The notes beneath the pieces were generated by a model that worked only from the letters and a program-made list of their open reading frames with translations, was not told the DNA's origin and searched no databases. The position numbers were made by a program, and so were the translations under genes. From Tubiluchus corallicola (taxonomy: Eukaryota; Animalia; Priapulida), in the NCBI GenBank assembly GCA_030141605.1, contig JAQGDQ010000640.1:56402-120401 (forward strand): a stretch of DNA of 64,000 nucleotides, in the 5' to 3' direction. Numbering within the stretch: position 1 is the first letter of the stretch; every line of letters starts with the position of its first letter. Below, piece by piece: positions 62,653-64,000 of the stretch.

Positions 62653-63464
62653 GTATTACATAATTTCTAACACTAATATGCAAGTAATCACACATTGATT
62701 TTCATGGTAAAGCAACAGCTGCACAACAATGTCTTACCCTCAGTCTTGTACCATGCAGATTCGAAAGACCATAATTAATGATAGTACTGTTTGTGGTAGA
62801 ATTTTTATCAAAATCTTCTGGGAATTCTGACAAATGGTGAAAAAACAAACTAGGCAGATTTTAAAATATACGAGAGTTACTGCATTTATTCTACATTGCT
62901 TGTAACACCCAGAATCACTTGGAATTGTTTTTATTCAAAAGGCTACCTATTAATTTATGTTAAAATCTTTTTATATGCTCATGGCCTTTCGATGAATTGT
63001 TTATGGCATGTTAGCTAAAACTATGTTCCTTATACCAAAAATCGTTTAATTTGCAAGGGTAATAATTAGATGCCTATGATGTCATGATGATAAATTATTT
63101 CTAGGAACTGTCATCTTGTAATTTAGAACTTGATGTTGTGAATTTCTGTTGCTTCACACGTCTTACTATGGTTCACACATCATAGATGCAGATATTCACA
63201 CATCATAATGATGCAGATTTTGCACTACCAGAAATATGTATTGCTGAGCACGACATAATTGTGCAGAAGCAGTGTTATAATAGTTCTGCATGCTGACATT
63301 GCGGATGTGTGAATCAGGGGTAGTCATCCAAAACTGTGTGACTGATGATAAAGCGTTTTAGGCTCTCTAAACTTTCTATACAATCTTCTTTAATTCGTTT
63401 TCTGCATTGCAAAGCATTGTGTGTCAAAGTCAATCAATGGCTGTTTTTTTTCCAGCACATGGAC

Positions 63465-63906
63465 TTAGATTAAATAAAAATTACCTCGTATACTCAAATT
63501 TCGTTAAACTTTCAAAGCTACGCGCGGCTCAGTGAATCTGCTAATATTGGCAGTGGCGCCTTTTTGTCACATTCGTGTGGCCGACAAATAGAACCATGAT
63601 CATGAACTGCAGCGTTAGTTTCTGACGTCATATGATGTAGAGCCCATTTTTTTGACATCATGCGTTTAAACAGTACTGTAACACCTATGCAAATGTGCTT
63701 GACGCACAAGGGAAGACGCCTGCCATTGCCCAAACTGTGGTTAGTTTCTCACGTAAGCAATAGCTGTGTTCGGTTTCCGTTAATTAACTTTCTAAGTTAA
63801 TTATTCAAATATAAGAAACAATTGCTAACTTTTATGGGCAAGAAAATGTATATTTTGAAGAGTAAATTAAAATGACATTGAGTCTAAACAATCGTCCGGT
63901 CTTCCT
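63465..63906. mobile_element. Kolobok-like MITE, truncated inverted copy
   Basis: Ends ACAATCGTCCGGTCTTCCT|TTAA; reverse-complement match to 45115-45565. Confidence 0.75.
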
Positions 63907-64000
63907 TTAATAAATAAAGCTTAATACACTCGGCTTTAAATATTGTATCACCTACATGCTGTCCTTTTTCATACAGAGCTTGCATTAACAGTAACGCTGT

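Noticed and set aside
63167-63321. Short inverted repeat TGGTTCACACATC...GATGTGTGAATCA
   Set aside because: Could be a small Harbinger-like MITE, but the TIR is short and the TSD unclear.

Overview
AT-rich, intron-rich animal (invertebrate, probably protostome-like) genomic DNA. Almost all of the six-frame ORFs are spurious; the real genes are spliced. I reconstructed three protein-coding genes by hand, with GT-AG boundaries and continuous reading frames. (1) A laminin beta chain gene on the minus strand: 15 coding exons and about 815 codons are visible (signal peptide, LN domain, LE repeats, LF/IV domain), and it runs off the left edge. Its 58-nt signal-peptide coding exon lies 22.3 kb upstream of exon 2. 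(2) A complete splicing factor 45 (SPF45/RBM17) gene on the minus strand: 10 coding exons, 398 aa, with SPF45 motif, G-patch and UHM. (3) A TSR2 pre-rRNA-processing gene on the plus strand, head-to-head with SPF45; its 3' end is unresolved. The introns hold many non-autonomous transposons (Tc2/pogo-, hAT- and Kolobok-like MITEs, an internally deleted RTE, a CR1 fragment nested in a Helentron-like element, 5S- and tRNA-derived SINE-like heads), a near-perfect 1,730-bp tandem duplication ending at a hAT terminus, and a ~340-bp (GA)n tract. I found no convincing wholly new biological system. The most notable items are transposon-structural and splicing-related.
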